Origin: Octopus bimaculoides
Lineage: Eukaryota
Assembly (NCBI RefSeq): GCF_001194135.2
Contig: NC_068991.1
Span: forward strand, 77,257,817-77,321,816
DNA length: 64,000 nucleotides
Direction of reading: 5' to 3'
This document shows positions 40,658-53,493 of this stretch, piece by piece. A program made the position numbers and the translations under genes. Position 1 is the first letter of the stretch; the number at the start of each line of letters is the position of its first letter. The notes below the pieces were generated by a model. The model was given only the letters and a program-made list of their open reading frames with translations. It made no database searches and had not been told where the DNA came from.

Positions 40658-40819
40658 TGTGGTCCACACAGGAAGAGAACTCCACAGAGCTACTGCGATG
40701 AGCCAGCAACTCATACTTCAACTGACCAACAACAGAATCACATCATTTGCGCAGACCCGTTTGCTCATGCTAGATTTGACGATATTTACTGAGTTTGTGT
40801 AAAAGATTTTAGGAGGGAG
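40658..40819 (+). CDS. Candidate coding exon (162 nt), unidentified product
   Basis: TTTTATTCTAG| and GAG|GTAAGA; phase-0 reading CGPHRKRTPQSYCDEPATHTSTDQQQNHIICADPFAHARFDDIY*; 4 CpGs; not repeat-like. Confidence 0.35.
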
Positions 40820-41526
40820 GTAAGATATTTCTAATTTCACCTGCTACCTTGATGTGGCAGAAACAAAGCACTGCACTGATTGCTTAGATTTGGTTTCACT
40901 CTCTGTGTTCTGAGAATTAGAATCTTGTTATAACCAACATTGTTCTTATTCTTCCACTGGCCCTCTACTTCAAAAAACCAAATATTATATGGATGATTTT
41001 TGTCGTCATACAAAGGATGGTGAATCAAAGATATAGAGTCAGTATCAAGGTTTGTCTAAGTTCTGAGTTCAAATCCCACTGGGATCAGTTTACTTTTCAT
41101 CTTTTTGGGGATCACTGAAGGAACACCTGGCAGTGTGAAAGTCTACTACACAAATTATCAATCCTGTGTCACTTTACTCATGACAGTCATTATGATGCCC
41201 TTCTGAAAGGCATTTTCAGTCTTCTATTCTCCCTGCATTCATCTCGTTCCTTATGGCAAAAGTAGACAAACGAGAGCTTCTTAATATGCTTTTGTGGAAT
41301 AAAACCAATATAAACATAAAGGCACAGGAGTGGCTGTGCAGTGAGTAAGGTGCAGAAGTAGCTATGTGGTAAGTAGCTTGCTTACCAACCACATGGTTCC
41401 AGGTTCAGTCCCACTGCATGGTACCTTGGGCAAGTGTCTTCTAATTTAGTCTTGGATTGACCAAAGCCTTGTGGGTGGATTTGGTAGACAGAAACTGAAA
41501 GATGTCCGTCACATATATATATATAC

Positions 41527-41690
41527 TCTCTGAGTGGTTGGCGTTAGGAAGGGCATCCAGCTGTAGAAACTCTGCCAAATCAGACTGGAGCCTGGTGTTG
41601 CCATCCGGTTTCACCAGTCCTCAGTCAAATCGTCCAACCCATGCTAGCATGGAAAGCGGACGTTAAACGATGATGATGATGATGATGATG
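41527..41690 (+). mobile_element. Young RTE 3' tail
   Basis: Identical over ~135 nt to the reverse complement of 60006-60141. Confidence 0.92.
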
Positions 41691-41891
41691 ATATATATAA
41701 ATATATAAAAGCAAAAATGATTCGATTGCTTACATTTGAAATACGACGTTACTATTGTTAATACCATCTTTGCCAAATATTTTTAATTGATAATATTAAC
41801 AGCAGTAACACAGGCAGTTCACATGTTTAATAGCATTATAAGCTATAAAATAAAAAATATAAAATATAAACTATATAATTAGCAAGAAACT

Positions 41892-41976
41892 TTAAGGATG
41901 CAGTGAGCATCAACCTATTCAGAAATGAGACCTTAACTCTCATCTCTGAATAGGTTGATGCTCACTGCATCCTTAA
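41892..41976. repeat. 85-nt hairpin with perfect 32-bp arms, TTAA at both ends
   Basis: 41892-41923 is the exact reverse complement of 41945-41976; a further 6 bp pair after one mismatch; 7-nt loop. Confidence 0.95.
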
Positions 41977-41985
41977 TGCTTCGTG

Positions 41986-42029
<44 letters not shown>

Positions 42030-42401
42030 GTATGTATGTATATGTTTGTGTGTCTGTGCTTGTCCCCCACCATCACTTGACAACCGATGTTGGTGTGTTT
42101 ACATCCCTGTAACTTAGCAGTTTGGCAAAACAGACTGATAGAATAAGTACTGGGCTTACAAAGAATAAGTCCTGGGGTTGATTTCTTCAACTAAAGGCGG
42201 TGCTCCAGCATGGCCGCAGTCAAATGACTGACACAAATAAAAGAATGTATACTTATATGAAGGGACATGGCCAACTGATTAGCTTGTTGTCCTCATGATG
42301 GCTCAATCATGGCTTCAAATCCCAAACTGAGCAGCACATTGTGTTCTTGAGCAAAACACTTTATGGTGCTCCAGACTTCCTTTCTATCAAACGAAATATT
42401 G

Positions 42402-42441
<40 letters not shown>

Positions 42442-42510
42442 CAACATTACAAAGCCTCAGTGGTTTAGATGACAACGAAGGCACATTCTTTCTATGATAT
42501 TCAAATGTGG

Positions 42511-42555
<45 letters not shown>

Positions 42556-42911
42556 TCTTGATAGACTGTTTCACAGTTTGTTAACTGCTCCTCAGAGAAT
42601 ACATATTTGGCTTCCCTCCACAATCAATGACGTAGGTCAACTGCTACTCACAGGATTCATAAAGTAGGCCAGTACCACCACGAATAGCCTGATATGCACC
42701 TCTGTGCTTTTGACAGTTCGTTATTAATTAAACAATATCTATTTTATGCACAACACAGTGTAAATCAGAAGAATTGAAATAAATTTAAACATTTGAAAGA
42801 CTCTGTGTAAAACCCATCATAGAGCTAGCCTAATTCAAAACTGCTTTACACAGCAACTGATCTATTCATTGGGAAAGCTAGGTACTTCTTCCCTGATGAG
42901 AGGTCAACAAA

Positions 42912-43124
42912 TACTCTTTTGCTCTTTTACTTGTTTCAGTCATTTGACTGCGGCCATGCTGGAGCACCGCCTTCAGTCGAGAAAATCGACCCCAGGACTT
43001 ATTCTTTGTAAGCCTAGTACTTATTCTATCAGTCTCCTTTTGCCAAACCGCTAAGTTACGGGGACGTAAACACACCAGCATCGGTTGTCAAGCGATGGTG
43101 GGGGGGACAAACACAGACACACAA

Positions 43125-43155
<31 letters not shown>

Positions 43156-43286
43156 CATATATACGACGGGCTTCTTTCAGTTTCCGTCTACCAAATCCAC
43201 TCACAAGGCTTTGGTCAGCCCGAGGCTATAGTAGAAGACACTTGCCCAAGGTGCCACGCAGTGGGACTGAACCCGGAACCATGTGG
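42912..43286 (-). mobile_element. SINE family A, young, 5'-truncated
   Basis: Near-consensus; stops within the head at GAACCATGTGG. Confidence 0.92.
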
Positions 43287-43934
43287 AAATGGTTTGTTAG
43301 AAGACTCTCTCCCTCCTTTTTCTATTCATTAATTGCAAAGAAAAGACATGTTCACATTCTTGCCAAACCCACAGTAAAGCTTGATATGGTTTAAATTTAT
43401 TTAAGTTCTTCTGATTTATGCAGTGTTGTGCATAAAACACACACACACACACACACACTGTGTCAAATCTTTTATATCTTTCCCTTTTATCCTTGTGTGT
43501 ATATACATACGTGTATACACCATGTCTAAACAAATGAATAACTTCTGTATAATGATTGCTTTTTGACAGGTTAGCAGATAACGAGACAGGTTGATTAAGT
43601 GACCCCTTTTCCTGTTCTAGCTTTTTATAAACTTCCAATAACAGAATGTTCCTTCTGAGTCCTTGCTTTGTTAACCTGTCTATTGTCTGTCCTCTTTTTT
43701 AACATTTTGTATCTGCATTTCTCCTCCATTTTTGCTATCTCTCTCCTTCTCTCTCCTTCTCTCTCCTTCTCTCTCCCCCCTCTCTCTCCCCCTCTCTCTC
43801 TCCCCCTCTCTCTCTCTCCCTCTCTCTCCTTCTCCCTCTCTCTCCTTCTCTCTCTCTCTCTTTCTCTCTCTTTTCCTTTATGCTCCTGTTTGTTTCTTCT
43901 CTCTGTGCACATTACTCACACAATTCTCTATGTG

Positions 43935-44720
43935 ATTGTTTGACCTGCTAAAAATAGCTGCTGAGTTCCCTCATATCACACAATACCATCTTAGAAAAAG
44001 ACGGACGCTTTAAATAATGTAGTTCTGGATCATTATTTCTAAATCCATTAAGGAAGATGATGGACTCTTGTTTTAGTAAATATCAAGTAACATAAATATA
44101 CTTTTTTGAAGTGAAATTTCATGCAGCCATTAAATAAACCATATTTAGATCTGCATGTGGCAATAAATATACATGGTCAAGACAGGTAATCAACATTTTA
44201 ATCTGTAAATGTGAAGAATATGCAATAAGAGATTGTAATCCCATCCACTTTTGCAACGAGGTTGTTGGAAAGCAGCATCCTAGATAAATAAGATGGGATG
44301 GTCATGGTTAGAGTGTCTTTAATCATATTCCTTCTTGCTCAGAGTTGATTCGGGTCTAAACAACTAAACACTACTCACATGATTTCGGTCTTAATTCTCC
44401 ACCCTGTCCCTATCCTTTATTTCTCTTTCCTTTCCTCTCAGAAGTGTCCTACCAGGAGATTCCTGATTCTTATTTCTCTATCTTACCGTTCTCACCTGTC
44501 TCTCTGCTGGATCAAATTATTTCTCTTTTATGTCTTCCATCTTATCACTTGTAGTTTTTTTTTTATTGTTTTCTTTTTATATTCACATTTTGTTGCGTTT
44601 TATTTTGATGTCTGTTCTTGTTTTTTTAGTCCCAGGTCCACAGGCTCGTGGTTAAAAACATTTTAGACATAACCATCCTGCTTTTCCAAATATGGTTTGT
44701 AACAGCCTACATCATACTCT

Positions 44721-44752
<32 letters not shown>

Positions 44753-45500
44753 CCTTCCATATTTTTTTTAAAGATATAATAAACAATTAGCTGCTATTTT
44801 TAGCATGTTGAGTGTCTGTGTACATATCCCCTCGTTAGCTTCTCCGCTATTGTAACATTGTGAGGTGTTATCCTCAAAGTTGCTATAAGTATTCCTCTTA
44901 GTTGTCTGGTCTGTTATTCCAATGCTTATTGATATTACTGCTGCTGCTGCTGTTGTTGTTGTTACTATAACAGGTTATTGTTGTACGTTTTGCTCCAGCT
45001 GTTGCTGTTGCTATAGGTGATGATAATCTAGGTGCTGCTTCAGCTGTTGCCATTATGGAGGTTGCTGTTTTTCAATTAAGTGCTCTCACACCACCACCAC
45101 CACCANNNNNNNNNNNNNNNNNNCCGCCGCCGCCACCACCACCGCCGCCACCACCACCATCAGCACATCACCTTCTCCTCCATTAATGCTGTTATTGCCA
45201 ATCACCATCACAATTTTTATCACCATTTCATCATCAATACTACCATTATCACCATCAATATTTTCATCACCAGCCGTCGCCGCCAGCTACTTCGGGTTCC
45301 TCTACATGGTCACTCGACCTGCTAAAAATAGCAGCAAAATACCCTTCAAATGACACCATACTGTCTTTAAAAAAATGGATACTTTGGATAATGAGGTCTT
45401 GTTTTTCCTGCTTTTAAGAAAAAGAAGGGATGGCCATAAGTGGAATGCTTTTGATGATAAGGTCTGCTCAGTCAGAATTGACATGGGGCTAAGCAACACG
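43935..45500. mobile_element. Three family-D copies in alternating orientation (43935-44370 +, 44640-44830 -, 45305-45500 +)
   Basis: CCTGCTAAAAATAGC(T/A)GC motif and tail TGATC..GCTGACCTGGGGCTAA variants. Confidence 0.7.
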
Positions 45501-46105
45501 ACTATTGTCATGAACACCACCACCACCACCACCACCACACTACCACCACCACCACCACCACCNNNNNNNNNNNNNNNNNNNNNNNNNNNNNNNNNNNNNN
45601 NNNNNNNNNNNNNNNNNNNNNNNNNNNNNNNNNNNNNNNNNNNNNNNNNNNNNNNNNNNNNNNNNNNNNNNNNNNNNNNNNNNNNNNNNNNNNNNNNNNN
45701 NNNNNNNNNNNNNNNNNNNNNNNNNNNNNNNNNNNNNNNNNNNNNNNNNNNNNNNNNNNNNNNNNNNNNNNNNNNNNNNNNNNNNNNNNNNNNNNNNNNN
45801 NNNNNNNNNNNNNNNNNNNNNNNNNNNNNNNNNNNNNNNNNNNNNNNNNNNNNNNNNNNNNNNNNNNNNNNNNNNNNNNNNNNNNNNNNNNNNNNNNNAC
45901 CACCACCACCACCACCACCACCACATCACCGCCACCACCACCACCACTTCTGTCACTATCAACTGAGGTACCACCATTGTTGTTACCGCTGCAGCTTCTG
46001 TTACTGCTGGTACTGTTGTTACTGCCATAACTATTACTACTACCACTGCTGCTGTTGCTACTACTACTACCACCACCACCACCGCCACTACCACCACCAC
46101 TACTA

Positions 46106-46165
<60 letters not shown>

Positions 46166-46384
46166 GCATTACAGCCATTTATTACCTGCAGCTTGAAGGA
46201 ACAAGGGTGCATCTCAAAGTCCAGAAATAGCACATTTAAAAGTGCAACGTTATCGTCTTCTCTTCCGTCTGCAGTCTACTTTCATCTCTCATTCCGTTCC
46301 ATTTTTCTCTCTGTTGACTTTCGTTCCATTTCGTTCCACTCCATTCCCTTCACCTCTCACTTCCTCTTTCTTCCTCTCTCACTT

Positions 46385-46425
<41 letters not shown>

Positions 46426-47916
46426 TCTCTCTTTTGTTCTCTCTTCTCTCTCTCTCTCTCTCTCCTATGGCCCATAACCATTCTTGCCCGTCCAGGATAT
46501 CCTAGCTAAGATACCTTCGGCCACCTCTTTCTATCAGACTCTTCCTCTGCCCACTCTCTTACCTACCTCCATTAATATCACTACCTACCACTCTCTCTCT
46601 CACTCCCACCACCACACAGTGGTATTTACTGCCATTTATTCTCTACAGCTTTTGATACTGCCACTGTCACCACCACTCTCACCATCACCTTAACATCATC
46701 ATCATCATTACCACATTACTTATACAGCCACACCACCACCACCACCACCACCACCACCACCACCATCACAGCCATCTGCAACCATCATCGCAGCCATCTG
46801 CAACCACTGAAATCACCACTGCAACTGACCTCCACTATCACTATAACCACTACCACTAACGCCACCTCCACCAGCATGATTGCCTCCACATCCTTATCGT
46901 TAACCTGGCCATCGTTTGTAAGATATTCACCTGTTATCATCATTATTAGCAACACTGCCACTACATACATCATCATCACCACCATCATCATCATCACCAC
47001 CATCATCATCATTATCATCATCATCATCATCATCACCACTACCACTCCTGACAGCAATATCTCAGCAATACCTTAACCCTCTTCTACCATTGCTATCAAC
47101 ATCACCATGACGACGCTCACCTCACCACCACTGCCATAGCATCAATAATATACCACCATTTCTACCATTGTCACTATCACTAATACTACATCACCATCAC
47201 CACCATCTTCACTACTACCGTTATCATCATCTCTATCACTAAAAGCCATCACCGTTGTCTAATCACTACCACCAGAACCACTCGGTACCACTGCAGCTAC
47301 CACCTAAACATTATCACTACTATAACAACAACAACCGCCATCACTACCACTGTGACCCCAACTGTGACCTCGTCACTATCACCAACAGCTAGGATCTCTC
47401 CCTCACACACCACTGACACCACCTCCACCATTTACATCACCACAATGACCACAACCACTACTTCCACCACTGCCTCAGTGACCACAATCATCATCTTATC
47501 ACTAGCGCCAACACTGCTAAGACTACCACCACCACCACCACTACCACCACCATTTCCATCACATTGGCCGCAAGCATCATCTCATCAGCAGCGCCAAAAC
47601 CACCACCAACACCACCACTACCTCATCACCGTCACTGATGCTGCTAAACCCAACCCCACCCTCAGAATCACCACAACCACCACCAACTATCACCATCACA
47701 GCAAACACTACTATAACCACCACCACCACCATCACCACCAGCATCTCCATACCATTTCTGCATTGGATAAAAGTATAACCTTATTCCGGATACTTTAAAT
47801 GGAATGATATACTGAAGAGAATGGGGTATCAGAACTTCAGTTATGAGATGGGAATATTTAGAATACAATCGCAACAATGATGATGATGATGATGATGATG
47901 ATACTGGTGGCAGTGC

Positions 47917-47947
<31 letters not shown>

Positions 47948-48000
47948 GATGGTGGTGGTGATGGTGGTGGTGGTGATGGTGGTGGTGGTGGTGGTGGTGG
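45500..48000. repeat. Cryptic trinucleotide low-complexity tract (CAC/CAT/ACT), flipping to (GAT/GGT)n at ~47876
   Basis: Directly visible. Confidence 0.9.
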
Positions 48001-48757
48001 AAAGCAAAACTAAACAAAATTTGATTTTAAAACATCAAGAAATAGAAGAGAGAGAAAAAAAAAATGCTGAAGGAAAATGGAAAGAGGAAGATTAGAGAGG
48101 TGGGGGCGGGTATAAGAGTGAAAGAAAGAAAGAAAGAAGGAAAGAAAGGAAGAAAGAATGAGAAAGAGGGGGAAAGGGAAGAGTGAGAAAGAGAGTTGGA
48201 TAAAGAAATCAGAATGCTTAGAAAAAGCAAGAGATGGCTGAGAGAGAGTGGGAGGAAAGAGGGTTGGGTGGAGGATGAAATGATGAGAGAAAGGAAAGAA
48301 GAGGAGATGGATGAAGAAAAGGAAAGATGGAGAGAAAGATAGAGAGAAAGAGAAAGAAGGAATTGAAGGAAGAAGTTAAAAGGACAAAGTTTAGAGAGAG
48401 AGAGAGAGAGAGAATGTGAGACATACAGACAGACAGAGATGAATAGATTGTGGTGGGGGTGGCATAAAGAGAAGAAAGAGAAAATAAAAGACAAGATTTA
48501 ATTAATTTAATTGATTAATTGGATATTTTGAAACAAGCAAAAAAGAAGACAACAAAAGGGAATGAAAGCAACATAAAAAACCAAAAAACTCCAATATATT
48601 TAAAGAACAGCAACAGCACCAACAACAACAAGAATAAGTAGCAGAGTACAACAGAGTACAATACAGAATAATGATTCTTTTGAGGGGCTTGGCACTAGGC
48701 CATCTTTTGTAAGGGAGGTTGTAGAGTCAATTAAATTAATCACAATATATTACTGGT

Positions 48758-49147
48758 ATCAAGGCTTAGCGGTATTTCGTCTGCTGCTATGTTCTGAGTT
48801 CAAATTCCACCGAAGTCGACTTTGCCTTTCATCCTTTCGAGGTCAATAAATTAAGTACTAGTTATGCACTGGGGACGATGTAATCGACTTAATCTGTTTG
48901 TTCTTGTTTGACCCCTCTATGTTTAGCCCCTTGTGGGCAATAAAGAAATAAGAAACGTTAGCACGACGGGCAGAATGCTTAGCAGTATGTCATCTGTCTT
49001 TATGTTCTGAGTTCAAATTCCGCCGAGGTCAACTCAGTCTTTCATTCTTTTGGGGTCAATAAATTAAGTACCAGTTGTGTACTGGGGTCGATCTAATCAA
49101 CTGGCCCCCTCCCCCAAAATTCTGGGCCTTGTGCCTAGAGTGGAAAA
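48758..49147 (+). mobile_element. Head-to-tail SINE-B dimer with 14-bp TSD, inside an older antisense SINE-B
   Basis: AATATATTACTGGT at 48744-48757 and 49148-49161; two GTTCTGAGTTCAAATTCC boxes. Confidence 0.85.
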
Positions 49148-49321
49148 AATATATTACTGGTGCCTATTTTATTGACCCTGTAGGTAACGAGTAAAATACT
49201 TCCGTGTAGCATTGGAACTCTGATTGTTGCAAAACATTTAGTTAGTTGGAATATTTCTTTTAGCTTTTGCAACTTAGACAATAAGGAAGACATAGCAGTG
49301 AAATCTTCCTCAAATAAGCAT

Positions 49322-49715
49322 AGACATGGCTGTGTGGTAAGAAGTTTGCTTCGTAACCATTTGATTCCATGTTCAGTCCAACTGTGTGGCACCTTGTGCA
49401 AGTGTCTTCTACTCTAGCCTCGAGTCAACCAAAGCCTTGCAAATGGATTTGACAGATGGAAACTGAAAGAAGCCAGTCATGTGTGTGTTTGTGTCTATGT
49501 TTGTCCTCCACCACCATTTGGCAGCTGGTGTTGGTGTATTTATGTCTCCATAACCTGGCAGTTCGGCAAAAGAGAACGATAGAATAAGTACCAGGCTAAA
49601 AAAAAAAAAGAAACAAGTGCTGAGGTCAATCCATTCAACTAGAGGTTCTTCAAGGTGGTGCTCCAGCATAGCCACAGCCTAATGACTGAAACAAGGGAAA
49701 GATAAAAGATATAAA
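49322..49715 (+). mobile_element. SINE family A, older full-length copy
   Basis: Head and tail motifs present. Confidence 0.85.
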
Positions 49716-49764
49716 AATGTTAGTGAACTGAAGTGAACAACATTGGTAGTTTCTTGCACATTAC

Positions 49765-50448
49765 AGGAAAGACATTACCTAGGAAGACATGGGATGAGGT
49801 GGTGAAGCATGATCTTCAAACATTGGGCGTCACAGAGGCAATGACAAGTGACCAAGACCTTTGGCGATATGCTATACTTGAGAAAATCCATCAAGTCAAG
49901 TGAGATTGTAGTCTTGGAGTGGTTGGCATTAGGAAGGGCATGCAGAAACTGAGCCAAGTCAGATTGGAACCTGGTGCAGATCCCCAGCTTGACAAGTGAC
50001 CAAGACCGTGCTTGAGAAGATCTGTCAAGGCAAGTGAAATCATAGTCGTGGCCAATGCTAGTGTTGCATAACTGGCACTCATTCTGGTGGCATGTAAAAT
50101 GTACCCTTCAGATATTGAGCTATAATGCCATGCTTGAGAAGACTCATCAAACCAAGTGCAATCGTAGCTATGGCCAATGCCAGTTTCGCATAACTGCCAT
50201 CCATGGCATGTAAAAAGCACCGTTCAAATGTTGGACCACATGGGGAGCTGTGTCCAGTGACTGGGACCTTTAGCCATATTCTGTGCTTGAGAAAACCAGT
50301 CTAACCAAGTGAGATCATAGCTATGGCTGCTGCCAGTGTTACATAACTGGCACCCATGCTGGTGGCATGTAAAAAGCATTCACAACACTCTCAGAGTGGT
50401 TGGCATTAGGAAGAGCATCCAGCCATAGAAACCTTGCCAAATCAGACT
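49765..50448 (+). mobile_element. RTE 3' end with four tandem copies of the ORF-end/3'UTR segment
   Basis: PRKTWDEVVKHDLQTLGVTEAMTSDQDLWRYAILEK, then GTGCTTGAGAA..CAAGTG..TGGCATGTAAAA units. Confidence 0.85.
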
Positions 50449-50749
50449 ATTTTGGTTTGCCTTAGGTACAGTCTTATTCCTGGTGGGATTTATGTGGGTA
50501 ATGGGTTACTACCAAAATAATTTCTATCATAGGTACAATGCCACAAATTTAGTAGGGATTTTATCAACCACAGTACTTGACTGCTCCTTTATTTTATCAG
50601 TACTTGAAGGATGGACAGCAAAGCTAACTTCATCATCATCATCATCCTCATCGTTTAACGTCCGCTTTCCATGCTAGCATGGGTTGTACTTCAATAGGAT
50701 ATAAATAAAACAAAACACCACAAAAAAAAAAAAAACACTAGCGAATGCA

Positions 50750-51520
50750 ACCACAAAAATTCAAGCTTATAAAGAGGAAATCTGAAGAAAAAAACTATCA
50801 ACACAATAAAAGCACAAAATGGATCAGAAAAGAAGATGAAACAAAAAAGAAGAAAAACAATCATAAGTGAATTGCGAGAATTGTCCAGCATTGCTGGCAT
50901 GTAAACTCACCAGCACATTGATAACTGTGAGCAATTTGGAAAGCATCTGGGATTGATTGACAAGATCTCCAAATTCTGGCTGAAGCACCTGACTGGTACC
51001 CATGGCTATATGGTAACAGCATTTAGTGAAATGACAAGCAGACCAGAATCGACACATTTGCTTAGCTGCTGGAGGAGGAAAACAATATTAATTAAATCCT
51101 CAAAACAAGATAACCAGGGACTCAAAATTATAGGCATGACACTTGTATACCAAAAACATACAAATCCCTTACATTCAGACCCTACAACAGGCTTTGGTAG
51201 ATGAACAAAATGGGTGTCAGAAAGAAATGCTGACTACGAAGAGCAGCGACTGGTGGACTGAATGATGTGGTTATGATGTGGTCATTGCTACTGTTTCGAT
51301 ACTGTTATACTTGTTGCTCTTGAATGATTATGAATAACAGGAAAAAGAGGAAAATGAACCTTAGTCTAGCCTGAATTGGCTACTGAAAGGTACTTAACAG
51401 CATTCTAAATTCCTGGGTTCTGGAGACCCTGTAAATAAATTAATCTACACCAATAGTAGTGGAATACAACAGTTATAATAAAACGACAAACAATGATATC
51501 ACTTCAAAGAGAATAGCCAC
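50750..51520 (+). mobile_element. R4/Dong-type LINE RT N-terminal fragment, degenerate
   Basis: QHNKSTKWIRKE..IDKISKFWLKHL..KTILI..KNYR..KRKMNLSLA*IGY*KVLNSILNSWVLETL (W-I-D-Y-K-K-A-F-D-S motif region). Confidence 0.75.
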
Positions 51521-51789
51521 AGCCACTGCCCAAAGGATGGAGTGATCTTCTTGGGAATTTCATTATTTATTCTTTGTTTTGTCTATCTCTAACTCCATTA
51601 ACCAACATCTTGAATGAAACAGCCTTTGGTACAGATGCTATTGACAAACCATAACTCATCCCTTCAATGTTGATGACTTGAAAATATTTATAAGTAATAA
51701 TATTAAACTGGAAAATACTGTAAAAGTTGTTCATAGTTTCAACAGACATAAGAATGAGTGAATGTACCAGATCTACTCTTAGCAGAGGC

Positions 51790-52081
51790 AAATGACTAGA
51801 ATTGACTGAGATCTTTGGCGATATACCGTGCTTGTGTAGACCTGTCAAGCCAAGTGAGACCGTAGTATGGTCAGTGTCAGGTCAGTGGCACCCATGCTGG
51901 TGGCATGTAGAAATCACCCACTACATGCTCGGAGTGGTTGCCATTAGGAAGGGCATCCAGCCATAGAAACATTGCCAAATCTGATCGGAACATGGTGCAG
52001 CCCCCACCAGCTTACCAGTTTTCAGTCAAACCGTCCAACCCATGTCAGCATGGAAAACGGACGTGAAGTGATGACGATGAC
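51790..52081 (+). mobile_element. RTE 3' end (ORF stop region to (GAT)n)
   Basis: CTTTGGCGATATACCGTGCTTG..GGAAGGGCATCCAGCC..CCAACCCATG. Confidence 0.85.
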
Positions 52082-52189
52082 ATTGAAATGAAAAAATTAA
52101 ATTAGGGCCAATAATAAAAATACTGGGGAGTAGATGAGACTAGTAAAATGCAACAGACAGAAAGGGATAAAATTAGGAAAGAGTATTAC

Positions 52190-52229
<40 letters not shown>

Positions 52230-52630
52230 CAGACTAATATTAAAAATGAAACCATTACAATCAAATAAGATGGAAGATATATTAATGTTGTAGCTTTTTT
52301 GTCAGTTGTAGAAATCTTTGTTCATTCATGTAATAATAATGCTGAAAAGTAAACTGCTTCTGAGGCATTTTGAGAGTGAGACTAAGTCAACTTTTGTTAA
52401 ACATAGTACTTGGTTGGCTTTTACTTTATTGAGCCTAGAAGAATGAAAAGTAAAGGGAATCTGTGTGAGATTTTACTGCAGCCAAAATGAATGAAGCCCC
52501 ATATTGGAATTTAGAAAGGAAATGTTGGTCCAGTGATTAACTTCATCAATTAACTCACCTATTATTCTTATTTATTAGTATTATTTTCATTTTGGTTATT
52601 ATTATTATAAGTAGTTGTAGTCATTGTCAT

Positions 52631-52703
<73 letters not shown>

Positions 52704-53439
52704 ATAATGTAAAATATAAAATAATGTAAAATATTTAAATAATTGGTTTAAAAAAAGTTAACAAAATTTAATCATATTCAAAGAAAAATCAATGATGTTA
52801 TAAACTGTTTGATGAGAAATCAAAGGTAATCAGTGGAATTGGATTGTAGAGAAAGAGAAGGTGATGTAGAAGTGATGATCGGAGGTTGAGTATGACATGA
52901 TGAAAGCTAAACTTTTTTTCTTTGGAGAGTTCCTAGAAGAGTTCGATAAGTTCTTCCCTTTAGGTTTGAGCATGATCTGGTTTGGATTGATGCGTAAACT
53001 ATTTAGGCAAGCACAATACTGTACAGAGTAAACAGAGAATAAACTTAGCTTGCAACAGCATTCCCTTCCCGGTTGTAATTCTACATGATGCATGTTATTG
53101 AAACCCTTTGAGAATGTCATGGGCATCACCTAAAGTTAATGGAGATAATTAACTATTGATGGGTACTGTTGAATATGAAGCAGAGTCAGGCAGGGAAAAC
53201 AGACGTTTCATGATGGGTTCTGTTGATTTCACTTTAAATTATAAAATGAATTAACGACTATAAATGTTTTATAGTATTTAACTCTGTGGAGGCTAAAAGT
53301 ACAGATGTGTCTATACTCCAACCACTGAAGCATTTCAATTATAGAAAGGATGAGGGTGTTATTAAATAAAGTTAAGTAAGAAGACACTTGAGTTTAAATA
53401 GTCTCCTAGCAACCAATAATTTTAGACCCAGTCCGCCAC

Positions 53440-53489
<50 letters not shown>

Positions 53490-53493
<4 letters not shown>

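Larger units (their letters stand above)
41321..42245 (+). mobile_element. SINE family A split at its microsatellite by an RTE tail and a ~300-bp insert; head start duplicated
   Basis: Head 41321-41515, tail 41990-42245. Confidence 0.85.

Noticed and set aside
42885-42912. CTGATGAG hammerhead box
   Set aside because: No matching stem II/GAAA even after removing the adjacent SINE.
47352-47798. 148-aa Thr/Pro/His-rich mucin-like ORF
   Set aside because: It lies in a 2.5-kb cryptic CAC/ACT repeat tract that is stop-poor by composition; no splice or domain support.
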